A stretch of 64,000 bases of DNA from Octopus bimaculoides (Eukaryota), in NCBI RefSeq assembly GCF_001194135.2, contig NC_068996.1, positions 2,442,522-2,506,521 of the forward strand, read 5' to 3'. Of the stretch, positions 50,576-64,000 are shown piece by piece. The notes under the pieces are model-generated. The model saw nothing but the letters and a program-made list of their open reading frames with translations, had not been told where the DNA came from and did no database searches. Every line of letters starts with the position of its first letter. Position 1 is the stretch's first letter. The position numbers and the translations under genes are program-made.

Positions 50576-51335
50576 TACAGGCCTAGTTAAGCAGTTTGCT
50601 TAAGCCCAACTGTATGGACCTCTATCAAATGTTTTCTGTTATATCGTCAGGTGGACCAAATCCTTGTGAGGGAATCTGGTAGCTGGAAACTGAGCAAAGC
50701 CTACCATGTGTGTATGGCGTGTTTGTGTATATTTGGTCTCTGTAAAAATTGCACATTATGAGAAAAGTTGTTATTGTTTCTTTTGTCAACAAACAGAATG
50801 CATATATTCATTCCTCAAGAAAGAAAATAATTGATGCTCCAGCCTGATCACATGCAAACTGAGTGATGGCATGCCAGTCATTTGTTATAAATAATAGAAG
50901 AGTGCATTCATTCACCATCTCTATACAACCTTTCAGAGATGGTTTTCTGCACTTAACCTCTTTATACACTGAAGTAATTCAGCCTCTAAAAGCTAGACTG
51001 GAACTGGTATCACAAAGTGCTGCTATGTAGCACTGATCCTATTGAATGCTTTGGATTGATCCATATCCCTCATATTTCAGCTACTGTTTTTAGTTTTTCA
51101 TGGCTTATCAACTTTTTCACTGAAAGCTGTAGTGGGCTGTCAAAGAAGGTAGTAAATTCCATAACCTCCAATCTATCAATTGTTGGGCAAAAAAACTGCT
51201 GGAAAAACTATATTCATTCATCTGGAATTGTACAGCATATGTCCGTCAGGGTTCATCAAAGATTTAATTGTAGTTTTGGTACTGCATCACTTCTCTACCA
51301 CCCAGACCCATTGAACAACTTTCTTGCTCTCCTGT

Positions 51336-51536
51336 TTGACTCATTAGCATTTAAGCTGGCCATATCTGGCCTTTTGTTTTATGTTTAATTGACCAGATCC
51401 AGCCTCTCACACTTACCATACAATATCATTCTGAACCTAAACAATCATACCATTGATATCTTCAGGCTATGAGATAATGCATGGATTGATTCAAAATATT
51501 ACACTTAACTGACTTATCCGAATGCTGAAGGGTTAA
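51336..51536. mobile_element. TTAA MITE, diverged copy of the 54781 family
   Basis: Internal homology to 54781-55005; right end gctgaagggTTAA. Confidence 0.7.
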
Positions 51537-54500
51537 GAATATGTGCTTCAGCTAATCTGTTGACCAGTCTCTTCTGATTTGTTGTTTTCTATTGTTTTGT
51601 TGAATGGTTTTTACACTAACAGCTCTCTCCAGAGAAACCAACTTTGCATTGAAGGATTGCCCTATCAACTCCTAGCTTTCTCTACTGAGAAGAATATCTT
51701 CAGCTTCCAGTGACTGGGCTTCCTATCAATGTACCCTATCTAGTTTGACTGAGCAGATGACAAACTGGTAGAATGTTTATCAGCTGAAATTGTGGACATA
51801 GTCCTTATCTGTTGACCTAACAAATACTATATCTGTATATGATATAGCTGACTTGGTGTAGTTTGTCCATGTTCTTATTAGCACATTTAGAAAATCAATT
51901 AGGACCTGCCGGATGGTTGGTACTTCCTGAGCAGCTTTGTGAGGCCATTACACACTGCTTTCTTTATACTGGATACTCCTATACAGTCCCAGCATGCATA
52001 TAAGATGCTATTCCAATCCAGCACAAATGTATGGGATTTCCTCAAAATAATTGACTGAAGTAGACATGCTGCCCTGCTCCTGACATGGTATAAACAGCCA
52101 TTAATATGAAAGCACCAACTTTGTTGCTGTTCACACCTTGTGTCACCAAATTACCTTACATGTTTAAGGTGATGATGATGATGAAAGGGGCAGGGTAGCA
52201 GAATAATGGGCTCCATCATTTCCTCAAAACAAATATATATATATATATATNNNNNNNNNNTATATATATATAATAACTCTTCAAGCTTAGCAGAAGATCT
52301 CCTTCAGTTTCTACATCGTTAGATATATCCTAAAGTTAGTTGTTATTTTTGATGTTGTTGTTGTTTAGTCTTAAGTGAATCCTGAATCTCTGAATGGGCA
52401 GACTTATGATGTATGGCATTTCATCACCGACCACCCCCTAACTTGTTAGGAATATGTAGGGCCACATTATGTGATGTCCCCTTTTTTTTTTACTTAAGGT
52501 ACAAAACCCATCTTCTGTTTGGTTCATCAAAGGTGATTTAGATTTCTTTAGAGTAGAAGTTAGAACATTTGTTTCAATTCTTTTATAGCTACCATCTCAT
52601 GGCATTGGTTTCAACAATCTTTTATCACCCACTCCTACTTACTGTCTCCAGTTCTTTAGTCATTACATGGACTACTGATAATTACCATATGTTTTTTGCT
52701 GCTTCATATTTTCTATTACCAGTTTCTTTTTTTTCTTTTTGTCTCGGTGCTTTATTTTTTATTTTTACTGCTGCTGCTGCAGCTACTACTACTACTACTA
52801 CTACTACTACTGCTGCTGTTGCTAACAATTATGATGAAGAGGTAGATAAATACTGAAGCATCCTCCTTAATTTAATTAAGGAGAAACTGGCAAAGACTAA
52901 AAAATTTAGAATTTAGGGAGATTGTGCAGGTTATCTAATAGCTGTTGTTTAACAACACTGAAAGATTGCATGATAATTCTTCACAAAAAAAGATAAAATC
53001 AGTTTAAATAGGTATTAATGCAGTGTGTCAGCACATTTCTTAGATAAACTGAGAAATCTAGTGTTGTTGACTACTTGAAAACTCGCAGGTTTGTTTTCCA
53101 TCTCCTCTAGATCAACCGATAAGTTAATAATCATGAAACATCTGTGAGAAATTAAGCTTTTGATGTTAGGGCTGAAATAGCAGCATTAGTCAATTTGGTA
53201 AAGGCGAATAAGAAATAAAAAAGAAAAATGTTAAACCCCTTCTGTATGTTGTAAATAACCCCCCAGAGTTTTGAACTTGTATTTATAAAACTACATAGTA
53301 TAATCTTGCAAATGCTGGCAATACTTGTTGTCCAATCACATTGAATTAACATCTAAGCTATTATATTCCTTAACTTTAGTGATTGGATGAGAATTTTTTA
53401 AATAAAAAAGCATATTTTAGCTGGGATAGAGAAGTAGATCCTATGTTATCCACAAGCCTATATGAGATAACAAGAATAATATGCCTAAACATCTATAAGT
53501 TAGTGCCTGCAGGAAAAATGTGGGAAGATAGGGAATTTGGGCTTTAGGAGTTAAATGGTTGAAATTAAGTGAATTCCAGTAAGAGGGATCCAAGGATTAG
53601 GTACATGGTGGGGGTAATATATTGGAATGATAGCTTGTGAAGGTGTCTATTCTAATCCACTGCAGGTGTTTCATTATATATTAGTGTAATACACTCAGTT
53701 TTGGATGCTTTCTTTCATGTAATTGGGAAGAAGGAATACCAGACTTGATACTAGTAGGGACTGGATAGTTACATGCGTTAGACTAGAACTCTACTTCTAC
53801 TGGTCTCGTCTGATGAGAGTTCTTTCATTAAGAAGCAAATTCTCATAATTTCTAGCTCCTTTGTGGATATTTTTGAAATTTCTATAATGGGTTTTCTTAG
53901 TTTCATACATAAAAGCAGTATTGCATTGTTTGTATTGCTGAGTGGTGAAGAAGTTTGCTTTGCAATTATGATGTCACAGCTTTGATCACACTATGTAGTA
54001 TTTTGGGTGTCTTACATAATTTCAGGGTGACACAAACATTGACTGTGAAATTCAGTAAACAGAAACTATGTTGAAGTCCATCAGATAAACTGTACATGTT
54101 AAGCAAGGTCCAGCCTTGTTACACATTGTGTCATTGGGTCTAAGAATTACATTCAGGGTACATGTCTACTTAAACATTAATCCAGTGAGTAGGTAGTTCA
54201 CATGTTTGAACATCTGGTTACCCATTTGTTGTTCTCATTGGAGAGTCCATCATCATCATCATCATATAGTACATGTACATCAGTTCAGTATTTCACATAC
54301 TTCTTCAAGTGTGGACACTCTCTTCATCATTTGTCAACTGGCAATGATGATGATTATTTGGTCACTCTTCCAGCATTGTTGAGCAGCATTCAGGTGGTTA
54401 CTTTGGCAAATTCCATTATCCATGCAACCACCATACTAGTCTCACTGCAACTGTATCCATCCAACCAGGCTACAATAATTTTGCTTTACCATTTGCTGAT

Positions 54501-54780
54501 GGAACATTTTCTACATACCTCTCCAGATCACAAGATACTACTTTGTTAACCTTCCTTTGTTTAATGCTAAATTGGACATTGTAGATCTAACTACAAACTC
54601 ATGACATCCTACAGCATCGTCAAGCATAGCTTGTGTTCGGAAATACTTCAATCTAAATTTGTTTCATTTCTAAAATGGTCCCAGCCACCTCCACAACTTT
54701 TCTGACTCTCCATTTTCTAACTGTAAGCAACAATGTCCACCAAACCCTGTAGTGCCATTTGGTAGTGAGCTTTCACTACT

Positions 54781-55005
54781 TTAACCCTTTAGCATTTAAA
54801 CCAGCCATATCCAGCCTAAATATTCTACCTGGTTTTTATGCTCAAACCAACCTGATTTGGCCTCTCACACCTACCTTACAATGTCATTTTAAAAATCAAC
54901 AATCACATCATCAAAATCTCAAAGCTACGAGATAATGCATGGTTAATTTAAAGCATTGTTAATAAACAAACATTTGATAGAATAATTTGAACACTAAAGG
55001 GTTAA
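54781..55005. mobile_element. TTAA MITE with intact target-site duplication
   Basis: TTAA|ccctttagcatt ... aacactaaaggg|TTAA; TIR match 10/12. Confidence 0.85.
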
Positions 55006-55029
55006 AACACCTCTGCTATGCTGGTGGAA

Positions 55030-56150
55030 CATTGCTAAAACATCCTCAAACCTGTCTTTCTCTCTTACTTTCTTCCCTCCACTTTCTACATTCTTCTTTA
55101 TTGACCACCTGCGCACTTTTTGTAAAGCCAAGTCTACTGGTCATCTACCACTTTCTGTTGATCCACAAATGGGCTCCCACTTTAGATAAATTTGGAAAAA
55201 GCAATGTTGTCACTTTTTACTTAAAAAACATTTATGACTGTGTCTTAGCTTCCCTCATCTCTTATCTTCTGAATTGGTTGCTATTTGTTAGATGGCACCA
55301 TCACAGTATGTTTGCAGAGTTGTTTCTATTCCCCCTGGCAAGCTCCACAGTTCACTTTTGTTCCTCACTCTTTTCCGTCTATGCATTGATGACTTACATG
55401 CCATCACATCTAACAAAACCTACTTGTATATCCACGATACTCTTCTTTGTTCCCTAATGTCTTCTAGCTTTACATCATCCACTCCTAACTTCAGTTGTTA
55501 CATGTTGCCAAACCTGCACTGATTTCATGAATGAAGACTTGTAAGTATCCTTCAGTAGGTGTTTTCAAATTTGTCTCTTTCCACAGCAAAATAATATCAA
55601 TTAATCATAAGTAGCACTCAACTAGATCTCTCACATTTCTCCAAATTTTGGGCTTCATTATCTCTCTAAGCAAAAGTGCATCCTTAATATAACTAAAATT
55701 GCTTCCCAATAATGGACTGTTGTCTTCAGGACCCCCAAAATTCTTCAGCTCTCAACAACTTTTGACACTCTACAAGCCTCAGATGAAGTCCATTAGGGAG
55801 TTGTGCTCCTGTATCTAAAATATTGCTGTTGACCCTCCTGCCCTTACATACACATCCTTAGACTACATCTAGAAAACAGCCCTAACTGATTGGCATAAAA
55901 TCACTGACAGAATGCTCCAGTCTCTGGATCACTGATGCACCCTCTCCTCTCTCTTTTTCATCACTGCTATAATAGCCACTACTCTGGACCTGGCTGAGCT
56001 CTTGCTATTACCATTCAGATATTCTTGACCCACTTGTCTTTCCTTCTCTTGTCATCCTTGTTGTGTCTAGCTACCTCACAAGCCCCACACGAATCACTAA
56101 ACCTGGTCATTATCAAAATGTCAACCTTCTAGAATACACTCTTTTGTTCA
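55030..56150 (+). mobile_element. CR1/L2-group LINE reverse-transcriptase relic
   Basis: LDKFGKSNVVTFYLKNIYDCV (cf. ...ALDISKAFD.V) and SIPPGKLHSSLLFLTLFRLCIDDL (cf. GVPQGS.L.P.LF...INDL); very decayed. Confidence 0.6.
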
Positions 56151-57319
56151 TGACATTTTCTACAGATTCTAGAAAAACAATTCTAGAATGGCATTGATCT
56201 CACTGTTCACAAGACTTGGAAAGGCAACTGGTACTTGGCAGGCCTCTCCTCCTGACTCAGGAAAATAGAAACAAAATAAAAAAACTGTATCATACATACA
56301 CATTGGCACTGATTTTACAATTGTAAAATAATATTATTACAAAAGGAAAGAAAGATAGCATGGATATAAAATTGCTACTAAGTTATATGTGATATAAATA
56401 TGAATGTTACTGTAGTTAATGAAAGCAGGGCAAAAACTAAATTAACTGAAGCCAAATTAGCTGGGATTCAAACAAACAACAAAGCTCTTGTAGCAGACAA
56501 TAACTAATTATATTTGGGTTAGGGAATGCCTCTTCAGTGCTGTCACTTATGGAATGTTCAAAGAAAAAAAGAAGTCTTCAGAAAGTTGTATGAGACCTAT
56601 TTAAATGCCATAGATAAGTAGTTTTATAAGATGCTATCAAGAGTATTTATTTGGTGTCCTGGCATTTAATTTTTATTTGTTTTACTTGTTTGTTGGAGTG
56701 AGGGTAATGGTTTACACTTTTTTTTTTTTTTTCAATATTTTAGTAGTCGCAGACCAAAAATAATTTAATGATGTGATGTGGGAATACTTCCTATTGTTGT
56801 GTGTGTTGGAAAGAAAGATGGTTACTAAAGCACCAAGGTTTATTATTTTTTTTCATGCGAGCTGTCAAAATAATGATTAGAAAGGATGAAGTTACCATTA
56901 TATATAATGTTTGTTGAAAGTTTGGATTAAATGTGTGAGAGTTAAATTATCAAGAGAATAGCAGTAGAAAGGAGGATGAATTATATATTGTAAATTTATT
57001 ACATAAAAATGTATTAGTATTGTTGTTAGGTTAATAATAAATATTAGGCAGCTAACTTATATGATGCAGAAAATTTTAAATTATTTCGTCTTAATTCCTA
57101 ATTCCATACTTAGTAACTAAGGGAATATGGTTGAATCAGAAGAATGTTATAAATATTGATTTATCAAAGTCAAATTTTAATGAGCTTCATGCTTGATACT
57201 TATCTGAAAAGGATAGACAACTAATTGTGAATACTAAACCATTTCCAGATTTTTTTCTTTTTTCTCTGGGTGACTGTATTTCAGAGTATGGGAAATGAAT
57301 TGTTTTAGTCAGTTGGTAT

Positions 57320-57332
57320 TCGTAATCATCAC

Positions 57333-57380
<48 letters not shown>

Positions 57381-57630
57381 TTAATGTCCGTTGTCCATAC
57401 TGACATGGGTTGGACAGTTTGAACGGGGCTGATAAGCTGAGGGGCTGCACCAGACTCCAGTCTGATTTGTCATGGTTTCTACAGCTGGATGCCCTTCCTC
57501 ATATGAACCACTCTGAGAATGTAATGGGTGCTTTTATATGTCCCCGGCATGAGTGCCACTTGCATGACACCAGTATCTGCCACAACTATGATTTCATTCA
57601 GCTTGATGGATCTTCCTTCTCAAGTACAGC
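57320..57630 (-). mobile_element. LINE 3' terminal module with a long (ATC)n tail
   Basis: (CAT)n at about 57325-57380, then ttaatgtccgttgtccatactgacatggg... Confidence 0.8.
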
Positions 57631-58088
57631 ATATACCTCTATAATTATTGATAGAAGGAGTGGATAGAAGGCACAGGATGATGATGATGATGATCATCAT
57701 CATCATCATCATCATACGTCTGCTTTTCATTCTGGCATGATATATAATAGTGAAGGTGCATGGCTTATGGTTATGATCATAAGGTCATGAGTTCAATTCC
57801 CAGCCCTGCATTGTATTCTTGAGCAAGACAGTTTATTTCATATTGCTCCAGTTCACTCAACTGGCGAAAATTAGTTGTACTTGTAATTCAAAAGAGCCAG
57901 CGGTGTCACAGTGTGTGTCATTCTGAATCTTACCTGAGAACTATGTTAAGGGTATGCTTGTCTGTGGAGTACTCAGCCAGCCACTTGAACATTAATTTCA
58001 TGAGCAGGCTGTTCAGTTGAGCTAATCAATGGGAACACTCATTGTCATAACTGATGAAGTGCCAGTGGGCACTCCATCATTTACGACA

Positions 58089-58139
<51 letters not shown>

Positions 58140-58140
<1 letters not shown>

Positions 58141-58510
58141 TATCTTTTACTTGTTTCAGTCATTACACTACTACCATGCTGGGGCACCGAATTGAAGAAT
58201 TTTTAGTCAGATGAATTGACCCCAGAATATTTTTTTTAAGCCTGATACTGTCATGCTAAACTGCTAAGTTACAGGGACATAAACACACCAACACCGGTTG
58301 TCAAGTAGTGGTAGGGGGCAAACACAGACACAAAGAGACACACACACATAAATATACATGACGGGCTTCTTTCAGTTTCCATCTACCATATCCATTCACA
58401 AGGCTTTGGTCAGTCTGAGGTTATAGTAGAAGACACTTGCCCAAGCTGTCACACAGTGGGACTGAACCTGGAGTCATGTAGTTGGGAAGCAAGTTTCTTA
58501 CCAGACAGTC
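58140..58510 (-). mobile_element. Near full-length tRNA-derived SINE
   Basis: Same family as 31955-32385. Confidence 0.8.
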
Positions 58511-61500
58511 ATGTGCATGTATGTATTCTTCTTATGTGTATATGAATATGTGTGTGTGTATGTATTTATACATAGATGAAAGGAAGAAAGAGATTATTTT
58601 ATAATAAATTGGTCAGGGCCATTGAGGCAGAAAAGAATCATCTTTAATGTTTGGTTCTGACTTAGATCTGAGCCTCAGCAACATCAGGAAAGCTAGCAAT
58701 ATCTGTATTTGTTTGGTGGCATGGATTATGTAATTCTGCTCCCTCTTATTATATGAAGTATCAAATTCTCATAGAAATGAAACATCATTTATTGCTAGGG
58801 AAATAAATAAATAAATGCATGTGTGCGCAGAAAGAGAGAGACAGAGAGAATCTCTTGATCAGTTTCTGTATTTCATTACTGTTGGTTAAAACAATCTGCT
58901 GACATTTCATAAGAGTCAAAGCAAAGCATTTCTATTTATTTATTTTGGAAGCAGCAAGAGTTTTGATCAGAGCTGATTTCTTGACCGTTTCTTGTGATTA
59001 GATATCCTTGATTGTTCAGAAATAATAATAATTTTTTTTTTCTTTTAAAAAAGAAAGCAATTATGCTGCTAAGAACAAACATTCTCCCAAATATTACTTG
59101 CTTAAGAGAATGAGTTTATAAATCTTTAGTTTTTTTCCTGGTCTTACTTGTTAACCATTTGAAATATTATTACACTTAGGCAGCAAGCTGGCCGAATCTT
59201 TAGCATGCCGGGCAAAATTCTTAGTGGCATTTCATCCTGTCTTTACGTTCTGAGCTCAAATGCCACTGGGGTTGACTTTGTCTTCCATCCTTCTGGGGTC
59301 AGTAAAATAAGTACTCGTTGAACACTGGAGTAGATATACTTGACTTTCTCTCTCTCTTCCGAAACTGCTAGCCTTGTACCAAAATGTAAAACCATTTATA
59401 CACTATTGCCAATAAAATGTTAATGTGAAATGTTAAAACAATGTAAGCAACATCAGTAGTAAAATATACTTTAAAATATACTGTGAAATATTAAAATATA
59501 CCTAACTGTCAGTAAGATCTATAATTAATAAGCAGGGAAAGCTTTTATGCAGTTACTTGACCAACTAGAATGTGTTTTTCTATCTTATTATTATGAAGGC
59601 TGGAGGGTATATCTGCCAAAAATTGTGTTAACAACAAACAAGATGAGGACAAATATCTGTCAAATGTAAATAATGTAAATAATGTATCACTTGATTTGTT
59701 GAAAATGAGTCTAGATGTTTTTCATTTTCTCTGCTTGTTAACTGTAGATCTTACTAGCAATTATATTTTAGTATGTCATATTATACTTTACTGAGTAACA
59801 GTCTTTATATTATGTCCAATCATGGGAAACTATTACCTTGCTTAGAAACAAGTGAAATGTGCAACATGAAGCATGTCTGGCTATAAAAGAATCTGCCTCA
59901 AAAAATTCTGTCTGGCCCATGCAAGCATGGAAAAGTGGGCACTCAGATGACAACAATAGTGAAGGTGATAATGATCTCTCTTTCACTCTCTCTTTCTCCC
60001 CCCCCCCTCTCTCTGAATCTCCTCCCTCTCTCTTTCTGACTCCCTACCTCTCTCTCTCTCTCTCTCTCTCTCTCNNNNNNNNNNNNNNNNNNNNNNNNNN
60101 NNNNNNNNNNNNNNNNNNNNNNNNNNNNNNNNNNNNNNNNNNNNNNNNNNNNNNNNNNNNNNNNNNNNNNNNNNNNNNNNNNNNNNNNNNNNNNNNNNNN
60201 NNNNNNNNNNNNNNNNNNNNNNNNNNNNNNNNNNNNNNNNNNNNNNNNNNNNNNNNNNNNNNNNNNNNNNNNNNNNNNNNNNNNNNNNNNNNNNNNNNNN
60301 NNNNNNNNNNNNNNNNNNNNNNNNNNNNNNNNNNNNNNNNNNNNNNNNNNNNNNNNNNNNNNNNNNNNNNNNNNNNNNNNNNNNCCCCCCCCCCCGAACT
60401 ACTATCTCTGAGAAAGCCTTGCGCTAACTCCCTTTACTCATCAACTCGTTGTACCTATATTTTTGACATGATGCTTTTTTGTTTGTATTTTTTGTATTCT
60501 TCAATATTTTGTTTGCATAAGCATTAAAGTAACAATAATTACATCCAATTAAGTTCTAGAAACTTCTAGAGGACAGTCAATGGTTCATCATATACTGTTA
60601 CTGAATCCACTTGATCATCATCATCGTCATCATTTAATATCTGATCTCTGTGCTGGCATCTGTTGGATGGTTCAACTGGAGTTGGCCAGCTGGAGTGCTG
60701 CTTGGGTTCCATTTGTTTTGGTTTGGTTTTTTATGGTTACCCTTCCGAATGCCAACCACTTTAGAGATTGTACTGGGTGCTTTTAATATGGCCGGGCATA
60801 GGTGCATTTGCATGGCACCAGCATGGGTGCATTAATGTGGCCCTTTTTATTGAAATTAACTCTTGTAATTTTCTACATTATGTATTATCATGGATTAGTC
60901 CACATGATATTAGTCACTGCAATAATTTAATTTAGTGTTAAATTTATCCCTTCTTACAAATGATAATTTTAATTAAATATCTTGTAATCTAATACATCTT
61001 TAAACGAACATTTGTTAGTAATTATTATTTTTACTACACAACATTATTATGTCTTTAAATGAATGCATTTTTAAACAACTTCTATAAAATTTCTTCTGAG
61101 ATTGAAATGTGTGTGTGTGTGTAATCAACACATAATTAGGATTTATAAGCAAGAGAGTGCATATATATTATACTTTTGAAGATGAAAACAGTTCACTAAT
61201 TACTCTGGTGATCAACTTTTTTGTTTAACACTTATTAAATTAGAGTCTGGGTCCCTCAGAAAGGGTGCTATTTATAAATAGTTTTCTATGGTCATATGGT
61301 GGTACACTACAACGTTGAAATCTTACATACATTATTAGTTGTTTAAAATAGCTGTTGCATTGTTATATTAAATTATAGTTTTGTTGGGTTTTTTTTATAT
61401 TAGATCTGTATATGCACACACAAACACATACATACACTCACATACACTGATATATCTGTGAGTATTAACTACTGTAATAAAGATTCTGCTGAATCAATTT

Positions 61501-61584
61501 CTAGATACACTGCAGTTTCCCCTCACATCTAACTGCTTCATCAGATAGAATAATCAATTTATACAGTTGATGGACGAGGTTTTT

Positions 61585-63025
61585 ATACAGTCTTGGTATA
61601 GTCTTGGCATTTCTTATGAAACTTCTTTTCTGAAGATCTCAGCAGAGTGGACAGTTGTTAACAGAATCACTGGCCTTTTGTCATTGCAAGAATTGTACAA
61701 AATGTGCCCATCTCTGAATGTAATGATGGGCTTTCCTGCTTCAAGTGTTGCTGCTTTGATTTCATTAGGCACAGCCTGGAAGTTTACATGTAGCACGCCA
61801 CATACTCTTGTTCTGAGTTGGGCCAGGTCCTAAAATAATGCAGGCAATGAAAGTAATTGTCCATGTAAATAATATGTTCTTTATTTTACACATTCTCTGA
61901 GAGGAAAGAATCCACAACACTAACTGCCCTTGGTTGCCTGGGCTGTTTCTTGGCCCAACAGTTGTAGATATAGCCAGTTTTTGTGTCAGCCAGCCGCACA
62001 GGTTTTCAGGCATCACTTGCTTGCTTTTGCTGGCTTCTAGCTTTGTAGGTCTGTTCTTCCTTTGAAAAAAATCATACTTTCATCCACAGAATATTTTTCC
62101 TAGGATGAAAGTATTTCTGCCAAAATGGTGCAAGCTTTTCAAAAAGCAGCCAGATCGTATGTGCCCTATTGTGAGATGAGAGTAATTCCAGGATTCTCAG
62201 AAATCTCTCTCTTGCTTATGATGTGTCTGAAGTCTGGCGTTTCAGTAAAGTCATCAATTAACCAATATAAATCTGATGATGAGTTTTTAGTAAATCTAAT
62301 CGGAAGCAAAATTGCTACAAATGCTTTCATTTCTTGAAAGGTGATGCCCTTCCATGTGCTGATGTATGAATAGTCACCAGAACTTGCTCCTTTCTTTTCC
62401 CCCACCAGATGTGCATTAAGGAAGAGACAGAAGTGTTGCTTTTCAGAAATGCCATCAGGTACCTCCTTGCGGCCAGTATTTTCCTTAAAACCAGCCAGCC
62501 AAGGACGATAGTATCCACTCAGTACATCATTCTTACTATCATTACAAACATTTCCTCTACTGGGAGATAGAGCAGTGGCACCAGAGGGGCTTCTATAGGG
62601 TATAGATAATCCCATCAGCTAGAACACATATGTGGTTGATTTCTGGGGTTAGCTCTCCATTGTTGGTGACTGCATATGCGATTAATATCCCGTCTGGAAA
62701 TGTTGTCACTGGGCAGAATCAACCGTGAGTGTGTGTGTGTGTGTGTTATGTGCCAAGTGATCATCACATCTTCTGCTGCATATAATAGACAAAGGAGCTG
62801 ACAAACTCCACAACAACAGAGTCAATATGGAGAAGAAGAGGGTCTGAGCCATCTCCAATATGCATCAGCTTGGTTTTCGCTCAACTCACCTGAAGGCCAA
62901 ACCTTGTTGTTTCTTCTCTTTAAATTGTCAGTGTGTCCCTGAGCTGGTCGATCGAGTTTCTGAATAAGTGCTAGAGAGAAAACTTGCATGGCAACTCAAT
63001 ATGACAACAGTGTGCTAAAGGTTAA
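61585..63025 (-). mobile_element. piggyBac (PGBD4-like) transposase relic with one putative terminus
   Basis: WKGITFQEMKAFVAILL...LYW, YSVDESMIFFKGRT, EHIIYMDNYF and DKRPVILLTTVH on the minus strand, with frameshifts and stops; TTAA-CCTTTAGCAC at 63025-63012. Confidence 0.85.
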
Positions 63026-63755
63026 GCAAGGTATTGAGAGGTAAAAGTGTGTTTAGAGAACCCTGAATAAGTTTACTTTGTGGAGGAGATCTATGATTAC
63101 TTCACAGTTTACATGCTTTAATTGAATGATCTGGAGTGGTGCCCCAAAACGTGGTAAATATGCTTGTTTTGAGGTACCAGTACATACCTTAATGGTAACA
63201 TGTGAATGAACGTGGAAAGAAAAGAATAAAGAAGAATCAGGAAGCATGCATAAGCTTGCAAGATTCTCAGAGGAGAGTAAGAGATGAAACACATGGATTG
63301 AAGTGTTCTGATGTATATATATATTGGATGAATGTAGTAAATGATAGCCAAGCATAGGGTGGTGAAAACATGGGTGGAAAAATAATAAGAATATGAGATG
63401 TTAATAAGGTTTTATTATGTATAGGAATAACTTCTACTTTCATTTCTCACTGTCACAAAATGATATACTGCTTAGGAGAATGATGGGGATTGGCAGGTTT
63501 GGGGTGTGGAGATGATGATCAGAATAAGGAAAGGATGCTAATTGATAGTCACATGCAGGAAAGATGCTGACTGTAGGGAAAAGAGGTGGCGATATGAGTG
63601 TATAACAAGTTCCTACACGGTGTGTGCGTGTGCGCATGCATCTTTATATGTATTTCTGTGTAGAATATGTATATATGAATGCATATATATTTGTGCAGTT
63701 AATTTGCATAGTGCAAAGGTGTGTTATTGTACAAGAATGTGTGTCTGTGTGTGTG

Positions 63756-63804
<49 letters not shown>

Positions 63805-64000
63805 TTGAATGCATTAGGTATATATATGTATATATAAATAGATGTGTGTATTTTTCCCTTGTTAACAATTAAGATGGAAGAAATAGAAAATAGTTACCAG
63901 GGTAGCAAAAAGTCACACAAGTAAAAAGGTTGTAACTCCTTGTTTTTAAAGGTAGAAACTCCGGGTTTACTTGAATAACACCTGTGTTTAACTCCATTTA

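Noticed and set aside
53775-53840. CTGATGAG with a nearby AGAACTCT/AGAGTTCT inverted repeat
   Set aside because: There is no GAAA box in a compatible position, so it is neither a hammerhead nor a clear C/D snoRNA.
61500-61550. CTGATGAA...GAAACTGCAGTG on the minus strand
   Set aside because: There is no stem II or contiguous stem I, and the would-be cleavage triplet is GUG.

Overview
Eukaryotic, AT-rich, repeat-dense scaffold window with several N-gaps (e.g. 2870-3198, 16310-16607, 34106-34356, 35770-36399, 60075-60383). The repeat complement (RTE LINEs with (GAT)n tails, tRNA-type SINEs with internal (CA)n/(TA)n) looks like Octopus; this is inferred from recalled repeat families, not from a database search. 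Only one protein-coding exon is well supported: 26853-26979 (+), encoding TTQRPLSFREQRFRDFASVEYEGHLYMTPQDFLESVLEDTPR, the conserved N-terminal block of a MICU2/MICU3-clade mitochondrial calcium uptake protein. A probable in-frame 24-nt micro-exon lies at 13007-13030. The rest appears to be intron filled with decayed transposons: RTE and CR1/L2-type LINEs, a Penelope-like RT, Helitron, mariner and piggyBac relics, MITEs, SINEs and microsatellites. Nearly all ORFs in the supplied track are artefacts of microsatellites or N-gaps. No CRISPR array, rRNA, intact tRNA or intact transposase was found, and I cannot show a wholly new biological system here. The most interesting signals are a head-to-head pair of hammerhead-ribozyme-like motifs (16629-16731) plus other Penelope-type hammerhead-like motifs, a 139-bp-arm palindrome, a fold-back TTAA MITE sharing its terminus with a piggyBac relic, the micro-exon with a donor site identical to that of the next exon, and a 38-bp minisatellite.
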